From IMG/VR virus record IMGVR_UViG_3300034272_001710, positions 1-24,295 of that record: 24,295 nt of DNA, one strand, 5' to 3'. The notes beneath the pieces are model-generated. The model was not told the DNA's origin, searched no databases, and saw only the letters and a program-made list of their open reading frames with translations. Within the stretch, counting starts at the first letter, position 1, and every line of letters starts with the position of its first letter. This stretch comes from a virus (lineage: Duplodnaviria; Caudoviricetes). Position numbers and translations under genes: made by a program. Positions 14,370 to 24,186 of the stretch are shown here, piece after piece.

Positions 14370-17126
14370 TCATATAGTGCAGCTATCACATGACTCTGCG
14401 TCTTGTGCTGCTGCGTCAGCAGTGTCTTGTGCGATTAGTTTATCCGCATCCACTTCTCCTTGCAAATCGTTTGAGTTGAAATAGTAGAGAGTTTTTATAC
14501 CCCACTTGTAGGCCAACAGCATGTGGCGCAGCATTTCGCTCATGGGCAATTGATGATCGGGATAAAAGTCTGGATTGTAGCTGGTGTTGGCACTTATGGT
14601 TTGATCCATCCACCGTTGTATTACAGCCACTATCTTGAGATAACCTTCTGGGCTCTTTTGATCCCACAACAGCTCATAACGGTTCTTGAGGCGACGATAT
14701 TCTGGCACCACCTGTTTCATCACACCATCCTTGCTTTGTTTGATTGAAATCAAGCTGCGTGGTGGTTCAATGCCGTTGGTGCTGTTGCTGATCAAGCTGC
14801 TGGCCTCACTGGGCATGCAAGCCAACAGTGTTGTGTTGCGAATTCCGTGAATTTTCAAATCTGCTCTCAGCTTGTCCCAGGGCAGTCTCTCCTGGTAGCC
14901 CACCAGCTCATCTGTGTCAGTCTTGCGTGTGTCAATGGGCACAATGCCCAGGCTGTACTTGCTTTCTGCACTGCCTGTGGGAGCACCCTTTTCCATGGCC
15001 AAGTCTACACTGGCACGGATCATGTAATAACTCCAGGCTTCAGCATACTCGTCCAGGGTAGCCAGGGCGCTGTCGTCACTGTAGCGGAAGCCCATTTTGG
15101 CTATCCAGTACGCCAAATTAACTATTCCCACCCCCAGTGGGCGAAATTTTTCTGTGTGTGCGCGGGCAGCCTGCAGGGGGTAATCTTGATAATCCAACAG
15201 TGCATCCAATGCTCGCACAGCCAACTTGCAGGGTTTTTCAAAGTCTTTGGGTTCGCGGATCTTGCCCCAGTTGATGGCTGCCAGGGTGCACAATGCCACT
15301 GCTGGATTGGGGTCATCAATGCTTTGTAGGGGCAAGGTGGGCAGAGTTATCTCTGCACAGTTGTGAACAACTATATTGTTAGCCACAAATGCAGAAGTTT
15401 CAGGTACAGTTATGTCATACACATCTGTGGGCTCTACTTGAATTTTACGGAGTTTGATCATAGTGATCTGCCTTGTGTAATCAGTACATAACACGTCAGT
15501 TTCTGTCAAATCTTTGGCCATCACCCATCCTCTGTTCTGCGTCCAGATTTGATGATCAGGTGTGCAGCGTATTAAGTTGCCCTTCTCATCCTCAATTTCC
15601 ATCAGCTCTGTTACTGTAGCTGTTTTGGCAGCAGCACTCACGTTTTCCCAAACAAATTCACCTGTTTCGGTATTGTAGCTTCTCACTTTGACGCCGTTCA
15701 TACCACCATAAATCCATGCCTCAACAAAGCTGCTGAGACTCATAGCCTCTTCCTTGTCATCACTGCGCAATAGCTTGAGTTGAGTATCTCCAGTAAGGCA
15801 CAAATTGGATTGTCTAATGGGGGCTAGATGTTCAATATATGAGCCATGGGTATTGCAGTGATCCACATTCATGAGATAAATGCGACCAGTATTTTTTCTT
15901 TCATTCATAAATGTGGTAAAGAGATCTGTGGACTTGATTGTTTTTTTGCGGATATGGGGATCACGTTCATACTTCTCATAAAGCTCTCTAAACTTGTTTT
16001 GATCCTCAAAAAAAGCGTCATACAACCCTGGCACATCACTGGGAGAGAAGAGAGTTAGATTGGCGCCACTCAACAATCTTTCATAAGCCAGCTTGTTGAA
16101 TTGCACACCATAATCCATGTGGCGTGCACGATTGTCTTCTGTTCCCTTGTTGTTCTTGAGTACCACCAGATCTTCAAACTGCATGTGCCAGAAGGGGAAA
16201 TAGCATGTGGCTGCGCCGCCACGTACACCACCTTGATTGCAGCTTTTGACACTAGCCTGGAACAGTTTGGTAAATGGCACCACGCCAGTGTGATAGGCAT
16301 CACCTCCACGGATGGCACTGTTGATTGCCCTGATGCGGCCTATGTTGAGGCCAATGCCAGCCTTGCGACTGACATACCGCACCACAGCATGACTTACAGC
16401 ACTGATGCTGTCCAAGCTGTCATCACTTTCAATCAGCACACATGAGCTGAACTGTTTTTGTGGTGTTCTCACACCAGCCATAATGGGCGTGGGCAGGCTG
16501 ATGTCATGAGTGCTGATGGCATCATAAAATTCTTTGACCCACTTGAGGCGTGTTTGTGTGGGATATGAATTGAACAACGTGGCTGAGATCAGCATGAGCG
16601 ACATCTGCGGAGTTTCAAACAGCTGACCGGTGACTCGGTTCTTGACCAGATACTTGCCTCTCCACTGTTCCATGGCAGCAAATGTGAGATCCATGTCACG
16701 ATCATGATCCATGTAGGTGTCCAATATGGCAAATTCTTCAGGTGTATACCAAACCAGCAGTTCCTTAGTGTAAAATCCCACATCAACCACCTTACGCACG
16801 TGGTCCAAGAGAGTGGGTATGATAAAATCACCATAGGCTTCTTTGCGGATGTGGTGGTTTACCAATCTGGCAGCTACATATTGATAGTTGGGCGACTCTA
16901 AACTGATCAAATCAGCCGCGGCCTTGATCAAGGTCTCCTGAATATCCACTGTTTGGATACCATTGTAAAATTGCAGCTGAGTTCGGATTTCCACTTCACT
17001 GGCACTTACACCACTCAGGCCCTCGGTGGCCCACATAACCTGTCTATGAATTTTGTCGATATCGAGTGGTTCTTTTTCGCCATTTCTTTTCTCTACAAAG
17101 ATTGGCTCACCAGATCTAGCAGTCAT
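14370..17126 (-). CDS. nrdA: Ribonucleotide reductase class Ia alpha subunit with ATP cone and a mini-intein
   Basis: VEKRNG ATP cone, PTPIMAG, QFSSCVL, QGGVRGG, SNL|intein|CAEI, NSTNGIEP, KTLYY, C-terminal CDSC. ATG 17126 is better spaced from AGGA than GTG 17132. Confidence 0.97.
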   Translation of the reverse strand: MTARSGEPIFVEKRNGEKEPLDIDKIHRQVMWATEGLSGVSASEVEIRTQLQFYNGIQTVDIQETLIKAAADLISLESPNYQYVAARLVNHHIRKEAYGDFIIPTLLDHVRKVVDVGFYTKELLVWYTPEEFAILDTYMDHDRDMDLTFAAMEQWRGKYLVKNRVTGQLFETPQMSLMLISATLFNSYPTQTRLKWVKEFYDAISTHDISLPTPIMAGVRTPQKQFSSCVLIESDDSLDSISAVSHAVVRYVSRKAGIGLNIGRIRAINSAIRGGDAYHTGVVPFTKLFQASVKSCNQGGVRGGAATCYFPFWHMQFEDLVVLKNNKGTEDNRARHMDYGVQFNKLAYERLLSGANLTLFSPSDVPGLYDAFFEDQNKFRELYEKYERDPHIRKKTIKSTDLFTTFMNERKNTGRIYLMNVDHCNTHGSYIEHLAPIRQSNLCLTGDTQLKLLRSDDKEEAMSLSSFVEAWIYGGMNGVKVRSYNTETGEFVWENVSAAAKTATVTELMEIEDEKGNLIRCTPDHQIWTQNRGWVMAKDLTETDVLCTDYTRQITMIKLRKIQVEPTDVYDITVPETSAFVANNIVVHNCAEITLPTLPLQSIDDPNPAVALCTLAAINWGKIREPKDFEKPCKLAVRALDALLDYQDYPLQAARAHTEKFRPLGVGIVNLAYWIAKMGFRYSDDSALATLDEYAEAWSYYMIRASVDLAMEKGAPTGSAESKYSLGIVPIDTRKTDTDELVGYQERLPWDKLRADLKIHGIRNTTLLACMPSEASSLISNSTNGIEPPRSLISIKQSKDGVMKQVVPEYRRLKNRYELLWDQKSPEGYLKIVAVIQRWMDQTISANTSYNPDFYPDHQLPMSEMLRHMLLAYKWGIKTLYYFNSNDLQGEVDADKLIAQDTADAAAQDAESCDSCTI
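15360..15800 (-). mobile_element. Contiguous mini-intein (147 aa, no endonuclease) in NrdA
   Basis: CLTGDT...CTPDH...VYDITV..AFVANNIVVHN|C; the +1 Cys is the thiyl-radical Cys of NLCxE. Confidence 0.95.
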
Positions 17127-17244
17127 CAGCACGTCCTTTTTCTTGCGTTGGTTTCATCGTATGTTCAGTAATGAGTTTACTGTGGGTGAAGGTATTTAAA
17201 AACAGATCAGCCCGATTAGTTACAAAGATTACCAATTATTTTGG

Positions 17245-17697
17245 TTATTCCGTATGCCATGCTTTGTCCCTATAAACCCATTTGTTAAGAGTAAGACTTG
17301 TTTTTAGCTTGTTCTTGTCTACTATGTCAAGGTAGTTCACGTTGATATACCATTGGTGCCAATCCACTACAATTTTTTGTATGCTGTGGGTCCTATCCAA
17401 GATCAAGCTCAAACGCAAATTATCAAAATTTTCTGGAGAACTCATCATGAGTGTGTAGGCAATACCCAAACTCAAGCCACTGGGGCAAAAATGATTGTCC
17501 CAGAGTAGGTCCCAGGCTCCTGGCCAATTTTCACACTTGTCCCAGTCCAGGTAATAGTTTTCAAATCCTGCCTGTTTCCAAAATGCCACACATGCGTGGA
17601 TCTGTTCCTGCGGGTCTTGCAATTGAGAGATATGCTGCCTCACAAGCTTCCAGTTTTGAAGTCTTGTTTTGCCATCACTGATAAAAGGATTGGTCAT
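17245..17697 (-). CDS. Hypothetical protein
   Basis: 150-aa Trp-rich ORF, co-oriented and tightly packed; no recognised motif. Confidence 0.7.
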   Translation of the reverse strand: MTNPFISDGKTRLQNWKLVRQHISQLQDPQEQIHACVAFWKQAGFENYYLDWDKCENWPGAWDLLWDNHFCPSGLSLGIAYTLMMSSPENFDNLRLSLILDRTHSIQKIVVDWHQWYINVNYLDIVDKNKLKTSLTLNKWVYRDKAWHTE

Positions 17698-17709
17698 AAA
17701 TTATCCCGG

Positions 17710-19263
17710 TTAGATGATCAGCCACTTGGCCAATGTTGCATTGTAGAGTAATGAGGTGCTTTGCCAATTGGTATTGATTACGTAGTCGACTCCCACCCCG
17801 CCTGATTCTATGCTGGCTGTTAATCCTGGATCAACCACGATGTTGTTGTTGGAGGCATCGCCTTCTCCATCCTTGATGGTGAGCAGTCTGCCATTTACAG
17901 CAGGACTGGGTAAATTCAATGTGATGGCTCCTCCGGCCGTGGCTGGTTGAGCAACAATCACACTGTCAGTCAAACTCACATTGTAGGGAGTGGTAGTGTC
18001 CACATTCACCACACTCACATTGGTGATGATGTTATTGTATTGCGCATCAACAATCATGTTACCAGTGCCCTGATCAGCAATGGGAACACTGAACAGACTG
18101 AGATCAAAAACATCACCAATGCTCGAGCACACATTACTATAGGGGCCCCACAAAATACAATTGTCTGGTGTCTTGTATCCCACATGCACAAATCTACAGG
18201 TTGTACTGGTGATTCCAGGGCCTGCACCACTGGTGTTGCTGAGCCAACTTATACCATAACTTTCTATGTCCCGAAACACACAGTTTACAGCAGTTGCATA
18301 ACTGGGCCCAGGCTCCAGGGGAGGATTGTTGGTTCTTATACCCAGATGCAACAGGCTAAATTCACAACCGTCAAATGTCACGTAATTGACATTGTCTTCA
18401 CAATTGAATGCCCATGGTATTTGTGTAAATCTGCAATTTATGAAATCAAAATGGCTGGATTCAATTGCACTACCCAGGGTCTCAATCACCACTGCCTTGG
18501 GTGCAGGATTGGGAATAGCATCGTCAGGCAGCCAATTGCCTAGAAATACACAGTTGCGAAATTGCACATGATTGCTTCTTTGCAACAGCACAAGGTTTTC
18601 GTCGCCTGTGGATGAAACTGTTAGGTTAGCCATTTGAATATATTGTGGAACAGTGGCCCCATTGTTGCCTATGCTGGCACCTGTTTGCCCCAGGCTGTCC
18701 ACAACTGTGATCACTGCTGGCTGACTACCATCAGCTGTCAAGACAACCTTGGTGGTATCAGCATGTTCCCCCACCAAACACACATAGGGATACACCAACA
18801 ATGCACTGGTGATCACATAGGTGCCACTGGGAAACCAAATGGCTTTCTGAGATTGAAATTCACTTTCCTGGGAGGTGAGTGTTTTGGTATAAAGATCTCT
18901 TATGGCCCTGTTGATGGCGTCAGTGTCATCAGTATGTCCATCTCCCTGAGCTCCATATGCTTTGACATTCACCCACAAGTCATCAATCTCTTGTTGCAGT
19001 GTGCGAATAACTGGATTGTTGGGATCAGATCCAGTTTGGCTAGTCACACTGGTATCACTCAAAAACTGATAGGGTATGGAACTCACAACTGCACTTGTGT
19101 TGGTGAGTATCTGAGTGTTGCCTCCCGCAGCAACACTATTGCCTATGTAAAGCTCTCGAGTATCCAAACAAAACCCCAATTCAGCCTCGTAGAGAGCTGG
19201 TGGGAGATCGGATTTAACTCCTCGTCTGTGCTGTATTCTTGCTACAGTAAGTACTGCCATCAA
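17710..19263 (-). CDS. Tail/baseplate protein with an Mtd-N-like head and a pectate-lyase-3-like beta-helix
   Basis: IQHRRG..LP..L..AELGFCLDTRELYIGN; VNVKAYGAQGDGHTDDTDAINRAI..FPSGTYVIT; repeated F.NC.F. Confidence 0.8.
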   Translation of the reverse strand: MMAVLTVARIQHRRGVKSDLPPALYEAELGFCLDTRELYIGNSVAAGGNTQILTNTSAVVSSIPYQFLSDTSVTSQTGSDPNNPVIRTLQQEIDDLWVNVKAYGAQGDGHTDDTDAINRAIRDLYTKTLTSQESEFQSQKAIWFPSGTYVITSALLVYPYVCLVGEHADTTKVVLTADGSQPAVITVVDSLGQTGASIGNNGATVPQYIQMANLTVSSTGDENLVLLQRSNHVQFRNCVFLGNWLPDDAIPNPAPKAVVIETLGSAIESSHFDFINCRFTQIPWAFNCEDNVNYVTFDGCEFSLLHLGIRTNNPPLEPGPSYATAVNCVFRDIESYGISWLSNTSGAGPGITSTTCRFVHVGYKTPDNCILWGPYSNVCSSIGDVFDLSLFSVPIADQGTGNMIVDAQYNNIITNVSVVNVDTTTPYNVSLTDSVIVAQPATAGGAITLNLPSPAVNGRLLTIKDGEGDASNNNIVVDPGLTASIESGGVGVDYVINTNWQSTSLLYNATLAKWLII

Positions 19264-19361
19264 TCATTCCTAGATTATACAGCCTATTTATTTGATTGTA
19301 TCTATCAAATGATAAAATCTCACACTGGGACATTTTTCTGATCTGAGGGTGAACCGGTAGG

Positions 19362-20030
19362 TCATGAGTAATATTTTTCTAATCGTAGGACCCAATCTTC
19401 CAAATTTTTGGTATAGTCATCAACATTCCACACAAATTCCTGATATTCAAGGTCTCTGCTGCACATGAACACCACCAATTTTTTGATATCAGTACCAAAT
19501 GTATAATTATGTGATTCTGCATAAGCCGTCAATTGCAATCGGTAATCATCCACTCGCTCAAGAGTTTTGGGCCTAATGGTGGTTTTGAAGTCCATGATAG
19601 CTGGTTCACCTTTGTGGACACCAACTAAATCAGTTGTGCCAGCCCAGAGTGTGTCGTACACAAGTGGAACTTCAATACCCCACACCTCATCCAAATTGCA
19701 TAGGCCATGCTCTATGATTTTGTCAGCCATGTTGCGAGCCATCACTCTGCCCAGATTGTTGCCGCCAGGTCTCTCCATGCCTTTGATGTGATTTTCCAGG
19801 TGCGTGTGCATGGTGGTGCCCAGACTGGTGCTGTCTTTGGTGATTTGATCTGCTGCTGCATCACCTATTCTCTTGCGCCAGGCCAACAGATGTTTCATGT
19901 CCTTGGTTTTGCTCAGGATTGTGGTGACGCTGGGGAGTTTTGATCCGTCAGGTGTGACATATTTTCTGCCAGTGCTTTCTTCCACACGTTGTACTTGATT
20001 GTAATCAAATTTATCCAAACATAATTTCAT
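19362..20030 (-). CDS. PD-(D/E)XK exonuclease
   Basis: PSVTTIL, GTTMH..LE, E..L, AGTTDLV, IMDFKT, YRLQLTAY. Confidence 0.9.
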   Translation of the reverse strand: MKLCLDKFDYNQVQRVEESTGRKYVTPDGSKLPSVTTILSKTKDMKHLLAWRKRIGDAAADQITKDSTSLGTTMHTHLENHIKGMERPGGNNLGRVMARNMADKIIEHGLCNLDEVWGIEVPLVYDTLWAGTTDLVGVHKGEPAIMDFKTTIRPKTLERVDDYRLQLTAYAESHNYTFGTDIKKLVVFMCSRDLEYQEFVWNVDDYTKNLEDWVLRLEKYYS

Positions 20031-20039
20031 GACTTTGCC

Positions 20040-21152
20040 TCAGATGCCCAGATTTACAGGGCCAGTTTGTGCGTATAAGGGTTTGTTCAGTGCAAACAAT
20101 TGATTCACATGTGCCATTTTTCTGCCACTCACCCCTTGAGTTTTGCCATACCAGTGTGGTTTGACATTTTGCATGCCCAAGGCTTGCTGAAATTGATTGC
20201 GTGCTGATTCTCCCAAAAGGTTTTGCATCACCACATTATGGCTGCGTTCCAAAACTGGCAACACATTGCCCGAAATGGCTCTGGCATGCATGTTGAATTG
20301 GCTGTAATTGCAGGCATCCATGGTCCAGTGCCCACTGTTGTGAGGTCTGGGAGCCAATTCATTCACCAAAATTTCTTGGTTGTTGAGCACAAACATTTCC
20401 ACTGCCAACAATCCCACCACATCCAACGCATGTGCCAACTTCATGGCATAGGTGGTGGCATGACTCACCACCTGTTGTGGAATGCTGCCATCTACTATGG
20501 TTTGATAGAGGATATTGTTCTGGTGATGGTTGACCCCAGGTTCAAAAATTCTCACATCACCCAGTGTATTTCTCACCACTATCACACTGGTTTCATATGC
20601 AAAATCCACCAATTGTTCACAAACAAGTGTGACTCCCTGAAGTTTATTATATGCTGCTGGGATCTCATGCTCATTTGTGATCACAACCTGACCATGGCCA
20701 TCATAACCCTGTGTGGCAGTTTTAAGCACACACCTGTGGTTGCACATTACAGCAAATGCCTGCAAATGCTCTAAACTGGTGATGGTTTGCCAGCTAGCAA
20801 TGGGAATACCCAACAACTGACATAGAGATTTTTCCATTTGTCTATCCTGGCAAATTTTCATCACACTTGGTTGCGGATAAACTGTGGCATTCAAGGACAA
20901 CATGTCCAGGGTTGTGCTGGGTATGTTTTCAAATTCAAAAGTCACAACATCGCATGATGAGACAAACTTTAGAATCTGTTGTTGGTTATCCCAGGATCCT
21001 TGGATATATTCTCCACACACCTGCCTGGCACAGCCCTGTGGATCAGGGCTGTAAACTTTGGTGATCATGCCCATGTCATGGGCTTCCAGGACCAACATGC
21101 GGGCCAATTGCCCGCCACCCAAAATACCCAGAGTAACTGGTGTAGTTTTCAT
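20040..21152 (-). CDS. purK: N5-carboxyaminoimidazole ribonucleotide synthase (ATP-grasp)
   Basis: LGILGGGQLARM, VTFEFENI, QDR..EK, GYDGHGQ, NELAPRPHNSGHWT, YGK..GRKMAH. Confidence 0.96.
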   Translation of the reverse strand: MKTTPVTLGILGGGQLARMLVLEAHDMGMITKVYSPDPQGCARQVCGEYIQGSWDNQQQILKFVSSCDVVTFEFENIPSTTLDMLSLNATVYPQPSVMKICQDRQMEKSLCQLLGIPIASWQTITSLEHLQAFAVMCNHRCVLKTATQGYDGHGQVVITNEHEIPAAYNKLQGVTLVCEQLVDFAYETSVIVVRNTLGDVRIFEPGVNHHQNNILYQTIVDGSIPQQVVSHATTYAMKLAHALDVVGLLAVEMFVLNNQEILVNELAPRPHNSGHWTMDACNYSQFNMHARAISGNVLPVLERSHNVVMQNLLGESARNQFQQALGMQNVKPHWYGKTQGVSGRKMAHVNQLFALNKPLYAQTGPVNLGI

Positions 21153-21177
21153 GATAATCTTCCTAGTATATTCTCAC

Positions 21178-21207
21178 ATTATACACAGGGTAGGATGCTT
21201 ATTTCAA
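21178..21207 (-). promoter_or_regulatory. Sigma70-like promoter for purK and the exonuclease
   Basis: TTGAAA-18 nt-TATAAT. Confidence 0.6.
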
Positions 21208-21686
21208 CTTACATGAGCTGTGATATGTTTGCTGGCATTCAAATGGTTGATGGTGCTGCTGGCGCCCTGTGTGTGCCATTGACTGTCCTCCAATATCCAA
21301 GGATTATCCTGTGTTTTGACAAAACAATGGTTGACAAACATAGTATCTTGAGTCAACCCCCAGTAGGTTAGAGGCTGGATTTCCACACTGCTTATAGCAC
21401 TCACGCTAAACCAGCGAGTGTGCCCCTGATATTGGTAGATTTCAAACATTTGATGATGTGGTTGAAATCCCACATTCATCACATCAGCCAAATTCTCTGC
21501 CAGGCTAGCAGCTTGTTCAGCATGCGCTTTTTCACGGCCATACAACATGGCTTTTTTGAGATCAGGTTTGATTGCCAGAGCAGTTATTTCTTCCACTGTG
21601 AGTGTGGGGGATAGATCCAACCATTTTTGCACATCTGGCTTTTTGCTGGCCTTGAGGATGTAATAAGGGTTTCTGTCACTGCGCAT
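21204..21686 (-). CDS. Hypothetical protein
   Basis: 160-aa ORF starting 1 nt after the upstream stop. Confidence 0.65.
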   Translation of the reverse strand: MRSDRNPYYILKASKKPDVQKWLDLSPTLTVEEITALAIKPDLKKAMLYGREKAHAEQAASLAENLADVMNVGFQPHHQMFEIYQYQGHTRWFSVSAISSVEIQPLTYWGLTQDTMFVNHCFVKTQDNPWILEDSQWHTQGASSTINHLNASKHITAHVS

Positions 21687-21687
21687 G

Positions 21688-24186
21688 TTACCACTTGATG
21701 ATCCATTGGAATGTGTTGCCTGTGAGTGGATTCGCTGACCTTGTAATAGTATAACCCAGATCTGTGAAATATTTGATCACACTATTCATCTGATCTTCAT
21801 AGGGTCTGATCAACAAATTGTTGCTGGCCATGCAATTGGTCCATACTTGGTAATAATCCACACTGGCGTCAATTTTGCTTATGGTAAATGTTCCTGATCC
21901 ATATCCCAAAACTGCTGTGGCAGCTGCTTGAGTGCCTCCCAGAGCTGGAGCACTTATGATGGTTGTGGGTGCGCTATCATAGCCACTGCCTGTGTTGGTG
22001 ATTGCAATGCTGTTGATACTGAAGCTTCTGTTTGCAATAGCAATGGGCATTACAGGAGCATCCACTTGGAGAGCACTGGGTGTAAACGTCACCGTGGGGT
22101 TGCTGGTATAGTTGCTGCCTTGTGTGAGCACTCTCACAGCAGCCACCCCAGTGGGTTCCAAAAGACTGCTGGCTTGTGCTCCACTGTAGCTGAAATTAAC
22201 TGTGGGGGCAACCACATAATTGCTGCCTGCATTGGTGACTGTGACTGTGCTTATGGGAGTGAGCATACCAGCAGTGGCAGTAGCTTGTGTGCCACTCACA
22301 GGCGGATCTATGGTTACATCAGGCAGAGTAGTGTAGCCACTTCCTGCAAGATCCAAACTGATGCCTGTGACAACTCCACTACCATCCACAGTGACACTGG
22401 CAACTGCACCAGAGCCTCCTCCTCCACCAGTAAATGTAACATTGGGTGGATTCAAGGAATCATATCCACTGCCTCCATCCAAAAGGTATATGTTGTTGAT
22501 GGGACTGGGCACCAAATTTGCTTGGGCAGTTGCACCTTGGCCCATGGTAAATGTAATAACAGGTATACCAGTGTATCCGCTGCCTGAACTTGTCACTGTG
22601 GCAAGAGTCACTGCACCAGCCAAAACCTCTGTTTGAGCATAGGCTCCTTGCCCATTGCCTCCTGAAATGATAACCACAGGTGGCATGCTGTATCCAGAAC
22701 CACCATTGCTGACTTCTATTGTATTAAGTCCCATGTCTAGATTGAAGCTTGCCCCAGATCCAGTGCCGCCATACACATTGTTGGCGCTCAGTTGAGGAAT
22801 GGCAGTGTATGCGCCATTGGCAGTAATATTGAAATTCTGTATAGCACCAGCTGCATCAATTTGTATGACTTGAATAGTGCAATTGCTGAGTCCATTGCCG
22901 CCACTCACCAACAATAGATCGCCCAGAGTGTAATTGATACCAGCATTGTTGAGTTGAGCACTCACAACTTTCATTGTCACAGTGCCCACGGTGGCTCCTG
23001 TGCCTGGGGTGGTGAGTGTTACTACCGGAGGAATACCCACTGAACTTCCTGGATCAATTAGACTGATGCTGCTGACACCTGTGGGTATCAATTGGGCAAC
23101 AGCAGTGGCTCCACTACCACTTGTAAATGATACACTGGGGGTTTGATAATATCCTGTGCCAGCATTGGTGATCACCAGGCTTGCCACAGTGCCACCAGCA
23201 AGAATAGCACTGGCTGTAGCACCTGCACCGCCTCCTCCAGAGATGGTGACCAGAGGTGGAACAACATAATTCAAGCCACCAGTTGCTATTGCTATACTTT
23301 GAATTCCCACAGTGAGATTGAGGCTACATCCACTGCCTGTGCCTGTACTAAAAAACAATACACTTGTGAGAGGATTAGGCAACTGAGTTTGTGTGAAAAC
23401 ACCTGGATTGATTATTTGGGCATTGGTAACCTGTCCACCATTTACTTGCGTGACCAACAATGTGGCTTGCACATTACCAAATGTGCTGTATAATTCATCT
23501 CCCACATTGAAACCACTGCCGCCAAAACTAATAGTTGTACTAACCAATTTGAACAACACTGTGCCTGCTGTGGCACCACTACCTGCGGCATTTATGCTTA
23601 CACTGGGTGCATCTACAAATCCACTACCAGTTGTTTGTAAACTCACACTGTAAATATTGCCATAGGTTTCTAATATTGCTCTGGCTGTTGCTGTTTCTGC
23701 AGGTGTGCCGCCCGAAAAAGTCACACTGGGTGCTGACAGATAGCCATCTCCAGGTTGGTCAAGGGACACATTGGTTACACCAGCATCCAAATCAATGCTG
23801 ATTGCCCTGCCAGCTTGAGCATTTTGTTTGCTGGTGGCCAATCGGATGCTGTTGATGTCCACATAAATCACATAGTAATTGGTAAAAGGCATGAGTGGCG
23901 GTGGCAACTCATTGGTACTGCCCACCATTACTGCATCACCTGTGCTGTAGCCATGAAGAGGTATTGTGAGTATATTTGTAATTTGATCTACAGTAAATGT
24001 TCTGCTCACATTTTGACTGTTGTTGGTCATGGGAGTACCACCATTTACAGTGACCTCATAATCTCCTCTTTGTACAGCCAATAAAACTTGATTTTCAATG
24101 TCTGTGATTTCGCCATGCACAGCGATACATTTGACTATGTTATTGCGTGCTTCTGTTGCTGATAAAAACCAACTAGCTGTAACCAT
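21688..24186 (-). CDS. Gly/Thr-rich repeat virion structural protein
   Basis: Many copies of (G)SGY..xPxVTxSGG..GA.A.A beta-repeats, typical of T4-like and jumbo phage structural proteins. Confidence 0.8.
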   Translation of the reverse strand: MVTASWFLSATEARNNIVKCIAVHGEITDIENQVLLAVQRGDYEVTVNGGTPMTNNSQNVSRTFTVDQITNILTIPLHGYSTGDAVMVGSTNELPPPLMPFTNYYVIYVDINSIRLATSKQNAQAGRAISIDLDAGVTNVSLDQPGDGYLSAPSVTFSGGTPAETATARAILETYGNIYSVSLQTTGSGFVDAPSVSINAAGSGATAGTVLFKLVSTTISFGGSGFNVGDELYSTFGNVQATLLVTQVNGGQVTNAQIINPGVFTQTQLPNPLTSVLFFSTGTGSGCSLNLTVGIQSIAIATGGLNYVVPPLVTISGGGGAGATASAILAGGTVASLVITNAGTGYYQTPSVSFTSGSGATAVAQLIPTGVSSISLIDPGSSVGIPPVVTLTTPGTGATVGTVTMKVVSAQLNNAGINYTLGDLLLVSGGNGLSNCTIQVIQIDAAGAIQNFNITANGAYTAIPQLSANNVYGGTGSGASFNLDMGLNTIEVSNGGSGYSMPPVVIISGGNGQGAYAQTEVLAGAVTLATVTSSGSGYTGIPVITFTMGQGATAQANLVPSPINNIYLLDGGSGYDSLNPPNVTFTGGGGGSGAVASVTVDGSGVVTGISLDLAGSGYTTLPDVTIDPPVSGTQATATAGMLTPISTVTVTNAGSNYVVAPTVNFSYSGAQASSLLEPTGVAAVRVLTQGSNYTSNPTVTFTPSALQVDAPVMPIAIANRSFSINSIAITNTGSGYDSAPTTIISAPALGGTQAAATAVLGYGSGTFTISKIDASVDYYQVWTNCMASNNLLIRPYEDQMNSVIKYFTDLGYTITRSANPLTGNTFQWIIKW

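Noticed and set aside
19362-20030. Cas4/CRISPR system
   Set aside because: The nuclease lacks the Cas4 Fe-S cysteines, and no repeat-spacer array or other cas genes are visible.
17947-23801. Long plus-strand ORFs (e.g. 17947-18543, 18634-19341, 20223-20774, 21928-22587) and similar ones elsewhere
   Set aside because: Antisense shadows of well-supported minus-strand genes, with no recognisable motifs.
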